The notes under the pieces: generated by a model | The model's database searches: none | Told to the model about the DNA's origin: nothing | Seen by the model: only the letters and a program-made list of their open reading frames with translations | Translations under genes and position numbers: made by a program | Assembly: GCA_944380675.1 (NCBI GenBank) | Contig: CALWIH010000002.1 | Location: 280 to 64,279 of the forward strand | From: an uncultured Clostridia bacterium | GTDB lineage: Bacteria; Bacillota; Clostridia; Oscillospirales; Acutalibacteraceae | Length of the DNA: 64,000 nt | Direction of reading: 5' to 3' | Shown: positions 7,168 to 16,348 of the stretch, piece by piece | Position numbering within the stretch: the stretch's first letter is position 1 | Layout of the letters: every line of letters begins with the position of its first letter

Positions 7168-9696
7168 ATGAAAAAAGCGATTGCAGCCGTGGTGCTGCTC
7201 GGCGTTCTGCTTGCCGCCGTGCTCGCCGCGACGCCCTCGGGTCTTCCCAATCTGTCCGGCGCGCAGCATACGCTGGCCCTCACGGAGGATCAGACGGCTT
7301 ATGTCGCGGAAAACCGCGAAGCCGTGTCGTGGATCTATGGGCTTGACAGCGCGGGCGCCGTGCAATCCGCTTATATGGACGCGGAGGGCCATCGGATTCT
7401 TCTTCTCACGGCGTTTGAGAACAATGTCTATTTCGTGCGCGCGTCCCGTTCCTCTGAGAATTGGGAGCTTTGTCTGCTGAAGGACGCTGAGGCGGAGACT
7501 GTCTTCTCCTCCTCGAGGGACTATCCCGATCCGCCGTCGTCCGTCAGCGTCTCTGATTCCGGAATTGATTTGACCTTCCTCGACGGGGAGGACGTCAGCG
7601 TCTGCCGCGTCTCCGGCGAGGGCGAGCCCGTCGAGCTTCTTACGGCGGACGCGCAGGGTGCTCCGGTGACGGCCGCCTATGCCGGCGGAAAGCTCTATAC
7701 CCTCATGACGGACGGGACGATCCGCACCTACAGCGCCGGCGGCACGGCGGACGCGGAGGAGCTCGGCGGCTTCTCGCTGCTCTCCGTCTCGCAGGGTTCC
7801 GTCTGGGCTTACCGGCAGGAGACCGGCTCCGCGTGCGCGGGCGCATCGGCTGTCCGCACCGGTTCCGGCGACGAGCTCAGCAGCGGAGATGTTCTCTGCG
7901 GCGCGCATACCGAAAACGGCGGCGCCGTTCTCTCCGCGGAAAACGGGGAGACGGTCCTCGTCCGGTCGGGCGCTCAGGTTGTCCGCCAGAGTCCGTCGGC
8001 GTCCTTCCGTTTCCGCCTTGTTTTCAAGCTGCCGCTTCTGCTCGCTGTGATGGCGGCGTATCTCGTGTGCGCCGTCGTGCTGCTGCTGACCGTTTTCCTC
8101 TGCGGAAGGGCGAAGCGCCTCGCCGCCCGCGTGACGGTCTGCTGCGCCTGCCTCTTCCTGTTTGCCGCCGGTATCGCCGGCATGATCGCCGTTTCCCGCT
8201 CCGCTGCGGCCGAGGAGGCTTCTCTGCTCGCGCAGGCTCAGACCGCCGGCCAGCTGCGCGCCGATTCGATGGAGAACCTCGCGCTGATCGACACGGAGGA
8301 CGCACTGCTTCCGCTGCTTGACGCCGGGCAGAGCGGCGAGGTGCGGTATGACGCCGTTCTTCTGACGCCGGAAGGCGACAGCGTCCTTCTCTCCTGCCTG
8401 TCTCCGGCCGGAACGCCCGCCCGGACGGCCCTCGGCGCCGAAGCCGGCGCGTTCGCCGAAGTTTGCGCAGAGACGGGGACGAACGCGCAGGCCGTGTTCC
8501 GCAGCGGGACGCTTTGTGCCGTCGACGTGCGCTCCGTGTACTGGTACGGCAGCGAGAGCGCCCGGCTTGTCACCCGTGTCTCCCGCGCGGCGGGAGGCGT
8601 CGACTGGCTCGGCTGCTTCCTGGTTCCCCTGCTCGCCGCCCTCGCGGCCATCTTCGCCGTCGCGATGCTTTCCTTCACGATGCTGCGTCCCCTTCGCCAG
8701 ATGACGCGCCGGATGCGCGCCGTCTCCGTGGGAGATTTCGTGATGCCCGCGATGCGTACGGGCTCCGACGAGGTCGGCGAGATGTGGCAGTCTCTGCGGG
8801 AGATGGCCGTCGCCCTGCGGATCAAGGATTATGAAACGAATGCCACGGTGCGCTCTTTTTACCGGTTTGTGCCGCGCGGCCTTGAAAAGCTGCTTGACCG
8901 GGCCTCCGTCATGGAGACGAGCCTCGGCGATATGGCGAACGTCTCCGGTACGGTGGCGGTGCTCTCCATCCAGAACCGGGAGGATATGCGCCAGCGCCTT
9001 GACGACGACGGCTTTATGAGCTTCTTGAACGACAGCTACTCCGTCGTCGACCGCCAGCTCACGGAGCACGAGGGCTTCCTGCTCTCAAGCGGCTTCGACC
9101 TCGAGGGACTTGACCTGCTGTTCCGCGACTCGTCCGATCAGGGGCTGTCCTTCAGCCTCGGCCTGCTCGGCGAGGTCAACGGGATGGCAAGGGAGCAGGC
9201 GCCGGACTTCTTCCTGTTCCTGCACAGCGTGACCTTCCTCTACGGACTCGTCGGCACGGAGCAGCGCAACTTCTCGCTCCTGTCGTCGTCCGAGCTCTCC
9301 TTCCTCAAGACGCTCTCCCCGAAGTTCCGCCGCACCGGCGTGCGCATCGCGGCGACGGAGGCGTGCCTGCGTTCCATGACGCAGCCGTGCGCGTCCCGGT
9401 ACATCGGCTTTGTCTCGTCGGAGGACGGCAAATACACCTATAAGCTTCACCAGATCCTCGAGGGGTGCTCCGATATGGAAAAATCGCTGTGCCTCTCATA
9501 CGACGATAAATTCCAGAAGGCGATCGGCCTGTTCTGCCAGAACGATTTCTATCTCGCGAGAAACCTGTTCTCCGCCGTCCTCAAGCTCAACCCGGCGGAC
9601 GGCATTGCCCGCTGGTATCTCTTTGCCTGCGAGCACTATTTCAATAACAGCGAGCCGGGCGGAGAGGTTTACAGCCTGTTCGGCATTGAAGATTGA
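7168..9696 (+). CDS. Membrane sensor with HAMP, degenerate class III nucleotide cyclase domain and C-terminal TPR-like region
   Basis: Signal/TM, extracellular region and further TMs; HAMP LRPLRQMTRRMRAVSVGDF...DEVGEM; cyclase-type SFYRFVP..LL...LGD...TVAVLSI...FLN; TPR-like tail FQKAIGLF...ARNLFSAVLKLNPADGIARWY. Confidence 0.75.
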   Translation: MKKAIAAVVLLGVLLAAVLAATPSGLPNLSGAQHTLALTEDQTAYVAENREAVSWIYGLDSAGAVQSAYMDAEGHRILLLTAFENNVYFVRASRSSENWELCLLKDAEAETVFSSSRDYPDPPSSVSVSDSGIDLTFLDGEDVSVCRVSGEGEPVELLTADAQGAPVTAAYAGGKLYTLMTDGTIRTYSAGGTADAEELGGFSLLSVSQGSVWAYRQETGSACAGASAVRTGSGDELSSGDVLCGAHTENGGAVLSAENGETVLVRSGAQVVRQSPSASFRFRLVFKLPLLLAVMAAYLVCAVVLLLTVFLCGRAKRLAARVTVCCACLFLFAAGIAGMIAVSRSAAAEEASLLAQAQTAGQLRADSMENLALIDTEDALLPLLDAGQSGEVRYDAVLLTPEGDSVLLSCLSPAGTPARTALGAEAGAFAEVCAETGTNAQAVFRSGTLCAVDVRSVYWYGSESARLVTRVSRAAGGVDWLGCFLVPLLAALAAIFAVAMLSFTMLRPLRQMTRRMRAVSVGDFVMPAMRTGSDEVGEMWQSLREMAVALRIKDYETNATVRSFYRFVPRGLEKLLDRASVMETSLGDMANVSGTVAVLSIQNREDMRQRLDDDGFMSFLNDSYSVVDRQLTEHEGFLLSSGFDLEGLDLLFRDSSDQGLSFSLGLLGEVNGMAREQAPDFFLFLHSVTFLYGLVGTEQRNFSLLSSSELSFLKTLSPKFRRTGVRIAATEACLRSMTQPCASRYIGFVSSEDGKYTYKLHQILEGCSDMEKSLCLSYDDKFQKAIGLFCQNDFYLARNLFSAVLKLNPADGIARWYLFACEHYFNNSEPGGEVYSLFGIED

Positions 9697-9724
9697 CCGG
9701 TATTCGGGGAAAGGCGGGTGACCG

Positions 9725-10984
9725 ATGAACAGAATATTGCAGACGCTGTACGCCTCGATTCAGGCGAAGGTCATGGGTCTGTGGACGAAAATCCGCCTTT
9801 GGACCAGCCGGGCCTATTGGGAATCGAAGGGGATCACCACCCTTCGGCAGTTCTTCTCGAAGCTCCTGAGCATCAAGCCGCGGGACAAGACGGACTATTA
9901 TTCCGTATCCCGATGGCTTGTCAGCAAGCGTCTTGCCTTTGCGCTTGTGGTGCTGGTGGGACTGGCGAGCGTTTTGTACATCCTTGTTTTTTCCCCGGTC
10001 AATTCCCTGTTCCAGAGCGACGGGACGACGCTTCCCACCTATTGGTACAATTCCATCCCGCTCAAATTTGCCGGCGGGAAGGTGCAGATTCTTGCGGCGG
10101 ACGGCCACCTCGCCTATGTCGGCGACGTCGCCGACGGGGAGGCCGCGGGCGCAGGAAGCCTGTACCGCGCGGACGGCAGCCTCGTGTATGAGGGCGCCTT
10201 CGCCGAAAGCCGCTACAACGGGACGGGCAGCCTGTATTTTCCCGACGGCGTGCTCCAATATCAGGGCGAGTTCGCGGACAACCTCTATCAGGGGCAGGGA
10301 AAGCTTTACCGCCAGACCGGCGTGCTGGAGTATGAGGGCGAGTTTCTCAAGGGGATGAAGTCCGGCGCGGGCGTGCTGTACAACAGCGGCGGGACGCCGA
10401 TCTTCACCGGGAATTTCCTCGCGGACCGGCTTCTCTACGCCGAGTTTGTCGGCAAGACGACGGCGGAGGCCTCCCAGATGTACACGGGAAGCATCAGCGT
10501 GTACAGTTCGTCGAACGAGTACTGCGCGTCCATGGACGAGATCCATGCCGTCTACACGACGGCAGACGCCTCCGACACGCTTTCCGAGGAGTGGACGATC
10601 AGCCAGGTGCTCGTGGAGGATTCCGTCTTCCCCACTGCGGAGGGGGAGATTTCCACCATCAACGAGCTGACCGCCTATTTCGGAGAGCCCTCCTACTTCG
10701 GCTACACCTGGCCGACGCTCACGGAGGCCGTCGCGATCCGCAGGCTGAGCGAGGCGGGGAAGGGCCGCTTCGCCGACATCGAGATGGAGACGACGTCGTC
10801 GCTCCGGGATGTCGTCACCGTGAATTCCTACGATTTGGACTATGAGCTTTACATCTATACCTACGAGATGGACGGCCTGACGTACACCTTCTACTGCGAT
10901 TCAAGTACGTCGAGCTTTTCCATGTACGCGATTGAACAGAGCGATTCGGCTTCGGCGGAAGCGCAGCAGGAAGGAGGAGAGTGA
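9725..10984 (+). CDS. MORN-repeat membrane protein
   Basis: One TM (LAFALVVLVGLASVLYILVF) followed by repeats YEGAFAESRYNGTGSLY, YQGEFADNLYQGQGKLY, YEGEFLKGMKSGAGVLY. Confidence 0.85.
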   Translation: MNRILQTLYASIQAKVMGLWTKIRLWTSRAYWESKGITTLRQFFSKLLSIKPRDKTDYYSVSRWLVSKRLAFALVVLVGLASVLYILVFSPVNSLFQSDGTTLPTYWYNSIPLKFAGGKVQILAADGHLAYVGDVADGEAAGAGSLYRADGSLVYEGAFAESRYNGTGSLYFPDGVLQYQGEFADNLYQGQGKLYRQTGVLEYEGEFLKGMKSGAGVLYNSGGTPIFTGNFLADRLLYAEFVGKTTAEASQMYTGSISVYSSSNEYCASMDEIHAVYTTADASDTLSEEWTISQVLVEDSVFPTAEGEISTINELTAYFGEPSYFGYTWPTLTEAVAIRRLSEAGKGRFADIEMETTSSLRDVVTVNSYDLDYELYIYTYEMDGLTYTFYCDSSTSSFSMYAIEQSDSASAEAQQEGGE

Positions 10985-10986
10985 GA

Positions 10987-13029
10987 ATGAAGAGGAGACG
11001 GAGCCTGCGGCAGGCAGTCAGCGTGCTGCTCTGCTTCTGCCTGATTGCGCCCCTGTTTGTCCTGTCGCCCGTCAGCGCGGCGGCTCCGAAAACGCTCCAG
11101 CTTCAGCAGGCCAGACGAATGGTGCTCACGAACAACTCCGAAATCACAAAGACGTACAACGAGATTCTTCTGAAGGAAATCCAGTATACGGAGGCCGTAA
11201 AGGAAATCAAGGCGAAGGTCAAGAACCTCACAAGCTTCCGCTGGACGCCGCTGCTCAGCTTCAAGTTCCCCGAGCAGCTCGACATGAGCGAGGAATATGA
11301 CCTCAACGTCAAGCCTCTCAACCTGCAGACGGAGATTGACGTGCTCCGCCACAAGATGGCGATGATGGAGTACGACGAGCTCGCCCGCATCAACAACGCG
11401 TTTCTTGACGCGTATGTCTGTCAGGAGAAGGTCTCCTTCAACGAGGAGCGGCTTTCCGCCGCGGAGACCGACCTCGCGAGGAACAAGGCGCGGCTGACAA
11501 CCGGCGAGGCAACGCAGGCCGACGTCGACACGATGCAGTCCACCGTCGATTCGCTCACAAGCGACCTCGCGCAGCTCAAGCGAAACCTGCAGACGGCGCT
11601 CGAGGAGGTCAGCGACCTCATCCACCTCGACGTGACCTCCGGCTACACGCTCGCCAGCCCCGTGGTGGACGCGCAGATCCCGCGCGGCGACCTCGAGGAT
11701 ATCATTGAGCACGCGATGGAAAACAGCCAGACGATCTATGAGGCGAAGATGGCCGTCTCCACCGCGCAGGTCAACCTCGATTCCTATGAGTCGCTCATGC
11801 GCAGCCAGTACGGCTCCAAGCTGAATGTCATCAACAACTTCCTGACGCAGGTCAGAAACGGCGAGGACGTCGATTACGCGGCTTTCCAGCTCAAATACAA
11901 CGAGATGCTTGCATCCTTCGATCGGCCGTGGAACGGCTCCGTCCGGATTTTGTTCTTCAAATTCACCAAGGAATGGTTCAAGGGCGAGATCGACGGTACG
12001 CGCTATATCGAAAACGACCTCTATGCTCTGATGACGGCGTGCAAGGAGTATACGACCGCCGTTACAGAGCTGGAAGCCGCGGAAAAGACGCTGCGCAGCG
12101 AGATTACCTCCAGCTACGAGGCGATCGTCACGGCGCGCAACGCCTACCTCGGCCTTGTGGAGTCCACGGAGCAGGCGAGAGAGGACCTCGAGCGCCTCGT
12201 CGCCCTCAACCAGCTCGGCAAGGCGGAGTACAGCGAGGTCAAGACAAAGCAGGACGAGTACCAGTCCAATCAGCTCGACATGATCGACGCGCTCGCCACC
12301 TACGACGAGCTCCTCTTCAATCTTGACGCCACGACGTGCGGCGCGATTACCCCCTATCTCGAGGGGACGAGCGTGAGCACGAGCGCCGGCTCCGGCGGCG
12401 ACAGCATCGTCACCGACGACGCGACCGTGCCGCACTATTACATCTATACCGACATTTCCGACATGGTTTTCGTCTTCGGACTTGAGATTCCCGAGGAGTT
12501 CGAGCCCGCCGTCACCGATTATGAAATCTGGTACAGCGGCACGCAGATCGGCGAGCGCACGCCCGTCGGCGAGCAGCTCCGCCATCTCGCGCTCGACTAC
12601 AAGGGCACCTGCACCCTGACGGTCCGCCTCTACGAGGGCGAGGACTTCGTCACGGAGTGCGAGATCGATACGACGGTCACGCGCGACATTCTTCCGATCG
12701 AGGCCGCGCAGGCGGAAACCGTGCCCGAGGACACGCAGTGCGGCGCCTACTCGGTCGACACCGTCTCCCACGGCTCGCTGAGCACCAGCACGCTGACGCT
12801 CTCGCTCGACGCCTCCACCGGCGCGAAGTACTTTACCCTCGTCAGCGGCAGCGGTTCGAGCGTCTATACGGAGGAGCCCGTCGCGGCGGACGATACCTTC
12901 TCGTACCTGACGCTGCTCATCAGCAGCCTGTCCGACGTGACCATCCGCCTCTACGACGCGGACAAGAACGAGATCGGCACAGCCTATTTCAACGAAGATA
13001 CCCAGACCATCTGGATGACGGCGCAGTGA
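10987..13029 (+). CDS. Secreted TolC/outer-membrane-efflux-protein-like helical protein with C-terminal beta-rich extension
   Basis: ATG 10987 after AGGAGG; signal peptide ending VSA/AA. Two TolC-like repeat starts (TLQLQQARRMVLTNNSEI; DLEDIIEHAMENSQTIYEAKMAV), each followed by long amphipathic helices. Confidence 0.6.
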   Translation: MKRRRSLRQAVSVLLCFCLIAPLFVLSPVSAAAPKTLQLQQARRMVLTNNSEITKTYNEILLKEIQYTEAVKEIKAKVKNLTSFRWTPLLSFKFPEQLDMSEEYDLNVKPLNLQTEIDVLRHKMAMMEYDELARINNAFLDAYVCQEKVSFNEERLSAAETDLARNKARLTTGEATQADVDTMQSTVDSLTSDLAQLKRNLQTALEEVSDLIHLDVTSGYTLASPVVDAQIPRGDLEDIIEHAMENSQTIYEAKMAVSTAQVNLDSYESLMRSQYGSKLNVINNFLTQVRNGEDVDYAAFQLKYNEMLASFDRPWNGSVRILFFKFTKEWFKGEIDGTRYIENDLYALMTACKEYTTAVTELEAAEKTLRSEITSSYEAIVTARNAYLGLVESTEQAREDLERLVALNQLGKAEYSEVKTKQDEYQSNQLDMIDALATYDELLFNLDATTCGAITPYLEGTSVSTSAGSGGDSIVTDDATVPHYYIYTDISDMVFVFGLEIPEEFEPAVTDYEIWYSGTQIGERTPVGEQLRHLALDYKGTCTLTVRLYEGEDFVTECEIDTTVTRDILPIEAAQAETVPEDTQCGAYSVDTVSHGSLSTSTLTLSLDASTGAKYFTLVSGSGSSVYTEEPVAADDTFSYLTLLISSLSDVTIRLYDADKNEIGTAYFNEDTQTIWMTAQ

Positions 13030-13051
13030 CGCCGGGAAAGGAGGGGACGAC

Positions 13052-15733
13052 GTGAAGCGAAGGAGAATTCTGGCGACAGCGCTCGCACTTGCCGCCGTCG
13101 CGGTGATCGGCGTGTTTACCGTCCTGGTACAGGCAGTGTGGAACGAGGACGAGGCCGTTCATATCACGCCCTCCGAAATTGAGAATTCGACCCTCGCCAT
13201 CGGCACCCATCTCATTCACCTCTCCGCATTGACGGACGAGCTGTACGAGATTGCCTCCACCTCGGCGGAGGAGTCGGGGCAGGGCGAGGTTTACTACAAA
13301 TCCGAGCTCGCCGACGGAACATGGTTCAACATCACGACCGCTTCCTCGCTCGAGGATATCACGACGGGCGGCACGCCTGTGCTCGAGTCGGAGATTGCCG
13401 AGCTGTTCTTTACCCATCACACGAAGTCGGACGGCGTCACCTACGACCTGCGCACCGGCGAGGCCGTGAATCCGTACGACATCGTCGACCCGTACGACAT
13501 CGAAACGCTCGACGAGCTTCTTCCGCTCAAGAATCAGTATGAGCTGATCCGCGAGATGCAGGGAGACAGCGCCGCCGGCAAGGAGAAGATTGCGAAAATC
13601 GAGGCGATTCTCCGCACCGAGGTCAGAAACGAGACGACCGATCGGTGCGACGCCAATCTGGAAGCGCTCCGGCGCTATTACAACGTCCTCGCGGAGAACG
13701 ACGCTCCCGCCGATCAGCTGAGCGCCGTCCAGGAGGTCATGACCGCTGTCGACGCGACGCGCCGCGCCGAGGTCTTCTCGACGCTCGAGACGATCCTCAA
13801 CGAGTTCGCGCAGGAGCTGCCCCGCATCGAGGACACCGCCGGCAGCGAGGAGGAGGAGGGCTCCGAGGGCCGCAGCCCGGACACGGAGCTGCAGTCCGCG
13901 GCGAACGACAGCCTCTCGAACGTCCAGTCCTCGCTCATCGAATACCAGGGCAAGATGCTCGACGAGGGCACGACCGTCGCCTCCTCTCTCAAATTCACCT
14001 ACTCCAACGACCTCATCGACCATGCCAACGCCGACAATCACGCCGCGTGCGACGGCGACGTGCAGAACCTGCTGCACCTGTCGAATATTTCCTCCGGCGT
14101 TGTCGCCGATAAGCAGGGCGAGCTCGATCTGCTCGACGCTTCGATTCTCCCCGCGGCGACCCAGGCGTATCAGGACGGCCTCTCAGCGGGCGTCAGTGCG
14201 GACTACGTCGCGGCGGCAGCCTCCAATTCGTCCGCGGCCCTGCTCCAGCAGCTCATCAAAACGAATCAGAGCAACGTCAACACCTCCCGCAACGAGCTTG
14301 AGACGTATATCTCCGCGAAGGTGCTCCGACTCTCGAACGAGGACGGCAAAGCGTTTCTCAACGAGCGGCTCGAGCAGACGCAGGAGTATTACAGTCTTGT
14401 CCCGAACGACGATTTCTCCGCCAGCATGGGGGAGACGATCGACAGTCACATCGAGTTCCTGACCGATCAAATCCGCCAGCTGGAGCTCGACGCCGGCGGC
14501 AATGAGCTCGACCGGCTGATAGCGGAGAAGGCGTCGCTCCAGACGGACTATATGTCCGCGCTCGACGAGAACGATCTCATGGGCGCGAAGGCGATAGAGG
14601 AGCAGATTGCCGATCTTGACGCGAAAATCGAAGCGCTTCAGAATGAGCAGACGGACGCGCTCAACGCCGCGCAGACAGCTCTGTCGGAGCTTCAGGAGCA
14701 GCTGGCGAACGCAGAAGCGGGCAGCGCCGAGGCCGCCGCTCTCGAGAGCGAAATTGCCGCCCTCAAGGCGGAAATCTCCTCCCTTGAGTCCGGGATGAGC
14801 GAAAATTCGCTCGGCGAGCTCGTCGCCCGCCTCAAGGCGGAATGCCTTGACATCATCGGCGAGACCTCCTCGGACGATCCGCTGCGCGATACGCTGCAAA
14901 ACGATATCGACACGCTCGCTTCCCTCCTCGATCAGAACGTGAAGCTCGTCTTCCCGGCGCTGCAGGACATCTATTCGGCCCTGCTCGAGGAGCGCGATCT
15001 CAACGGCGACAGCTCCTACGGAGACGAGATCGCCGCGGTGGAGGAGGCCATCCTCGGCAGCAAGACCGCCTACGACGCCTCGCTGCAGGGAGAGCTCTCC
15101 GCAGATCGAATCCAGGAGATCGCGGACGGCTTCCTCGAGGGAGAGGCTGATTCTCTGCTTAATTCCGGCGCGGGACTGACCCTGGGGTCGGGAAGCGGTT
15201 CCGGAGCGGGATCCGGAACGCCGGACGTCACGTCCCTCTCCGAGTTCGAGAAGAACGCCGTGTACCTGCTGGGCCTGCAGAAATTCTACGACGCGACCCA
15301 CAGCGCCGCGGCTCTCCGGCTCATCGGCTCCAACGCGCAGAAGCAGATGAATCTCGGCAATTCTCTCGTTTTCCGTCAGGTGGAGGATCCGTCCATGGAA
15401 TACGTTCCCGCCTCGAGCGCCGCGCAGGCGGCCGGCCTGCGGTATGTCTGGAATCAGAACAAGAGCCAGGGCACGCTCGCGAAGGGCAGCCTCTACTATA
15501 CCTTCGCCGCCTACTCGGATCTCGTGCAGCGCGGAAGGACGGAGGACAGCTATGAGCAGATGACAAAGGCGGCCAAGCTGACGGGTGAGACGCTCTATCT
15601 GCCGGAGGACTACACCGGCGAAGCGTTCTCCGTTACGGCCTGCTATCTGACCCAGACGGCGTATGCCGTGATAGAGCGCGAGGATCTCACGCTCCTGGCC
15701 GACGAGCTTTGTTCGCTTCTTCTGGCAGCCTGA
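13052..15733 (+). CDS. Large N-terminally anchored coiled-coil protein with C-terminal copper-amine-oxidase-N (stalk)-like domain
   Basis: N-terminal TM/signal; heptad-rich middle (IEEQIADLDAKIEALQNEQ...LESEIAALKAEISSLE); GS linker; C-terminal YVPASSAAQAAGLRYVWNQ...TLYLP. Confidence 0.6.
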   Translation: MKRRRILATALALAAVAVIGVFTVLVQAVWNEDEAVHITPSEIENSTLAIGTHLIHLSALTDELYEIASTSAEESGQGEVYYKSELADGTWFNITTASSLEDITTGGTPVLESEIAELFFTHHTKSDGVTYDLRTGEAVNPYDIVDPYDIETLDELLPLKNQYELIREMQGDSAAGKEKIAKIEAILRTEVRNETTDRCDANLEALRRYYNVLAENDAPADQLSAVQEVMTAVDATRRAEVFSTLETILNEFAQELPRIEDTAGSEEEEGSEGRSPDTELQSAANDSLSNVQSSLIEYQGKMLDEGTTVASSLKFTYSNDLIDHANADNHAACDGDVQNLLHLSNISSGVVADKQGELDLLDASILPAATQAYQDGLSAGVSADYVAAAASNSSAALLQQLIKTNQSNVNTSRNELETYISAKVLRLSNEDGKAFLNERLEQTQEYYSLVPNDDFSASMGETIDSHIEFLTDQIRQLELDAGGNELDRLIAEKASLQTDYMSALDENDLMGAKAIEEQIADLDAKIEALQNEQTDALNAAQTALSELQEQLANAEAGSAEAAALESEIAALKAEISSLESGMSENSLGELVARLKAECLDIIGETSSDDPLRDTLQNDIDTLASLLDQNVKLVFPALQDIYSALLEERDLNGDSSYGDEIAAVEEAILGSKTAYDASLQGELSADRIQEIADGFLEGEADSLLNSGAGLTLGSGSGSGAGSGTPDVTSLSEFEKNAVYLLGLQKFYDATHSAAALRLIGSNAQKQMNLGNSLVFRQVEDPSMEYVPASSAAQAAGLRYVWNQNKSQGTLAKGSLYYTFAAYSDLVQRGRTEDSYEQMTKAAKLTGETLYLPEDYTGEAFSVTACYLTQTAYAVIEREDLTLLADELCSLLLAA

Positions 15734-15751
15734 GAAAGGGAGGACAGCAAA

Positions 15752-16345
15752 TTGGCAGATTACTCCATTATTTCCGACGTCTCGGCGTACCTCGTGAAGC
15801 TGCTCCGCCAGCGAATGTGCCCGGAGCCGATTCCCTCGCCGAACAATATCGAGGTTTCCTCCCCCGCGGAGCAGGACGTCGACTATATCCTGGGCCTCTA
15901 CCTCTACGACATCCGCGAGGAGGGGGAAATATCCGTCCCGCCGCTTGTCGGCGCGGGCAGGACGCGCCTGTCGCGTCCGCCGAAGCCGTACAGCCTCTAC
16001 TATATGCTGTTTATCAACGGCTCGTCTCAGATGGGCCTGAAGGCGCACGATATTCAGAAAATCATCGGACGCGCCGCCCAGGTCATCAACGACGGCAATA
16101 TCGTCTATCCGAACCAGCTGCAGACCTGGCTGGAATCCCCGGAGGCGCCCATCAGCATCACGCCCTCGAAGATTTCCCTCGAGGATAAGGTGCGCGTGTG
16201 GTCGGCCATCAATAAGCCCTACCAGGTCAGCCTGTTTTACAAGGCCGCGCCCGTGCTGCTCTCGAGCGAGATCATCGTTGACGCGCCGCGCGTCACGCAG
16301 GCGGACTTCACGCTCCACCTGACGGGCGAAAGCAGGGAGGGATAG
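15752..16345 (+). CDS. DUF4255 / Pvc16-Afp16-like tail terminator (cap) protein
   Basis: TTG start after GGGAGG. Motifs ISDVSAYLVKLL, LGLYLYDIRE, PYSLYYML, SLEDKVRVWSAINKPYQVSLFY. Confidence 0.85.
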   Translation: MADYSIISDVSAYLVKLLRQRMCPEPIPSPNNIEVSSPAEQDVDYILGLYLYDIREEGEISVPPLVGAGRTRLSRPPKPYSLYYMLFINGSSQMGLKAHDIQKIIGRAAQVINDGNIVYPNQLQTWLESPEAPISITPSKISLEDKVRVWSAINKPYQVSLFYKAAPVLLSSEIIVDAPRVTQADFTLHLTGESREG

Positions 16346-16348
16346 CCG

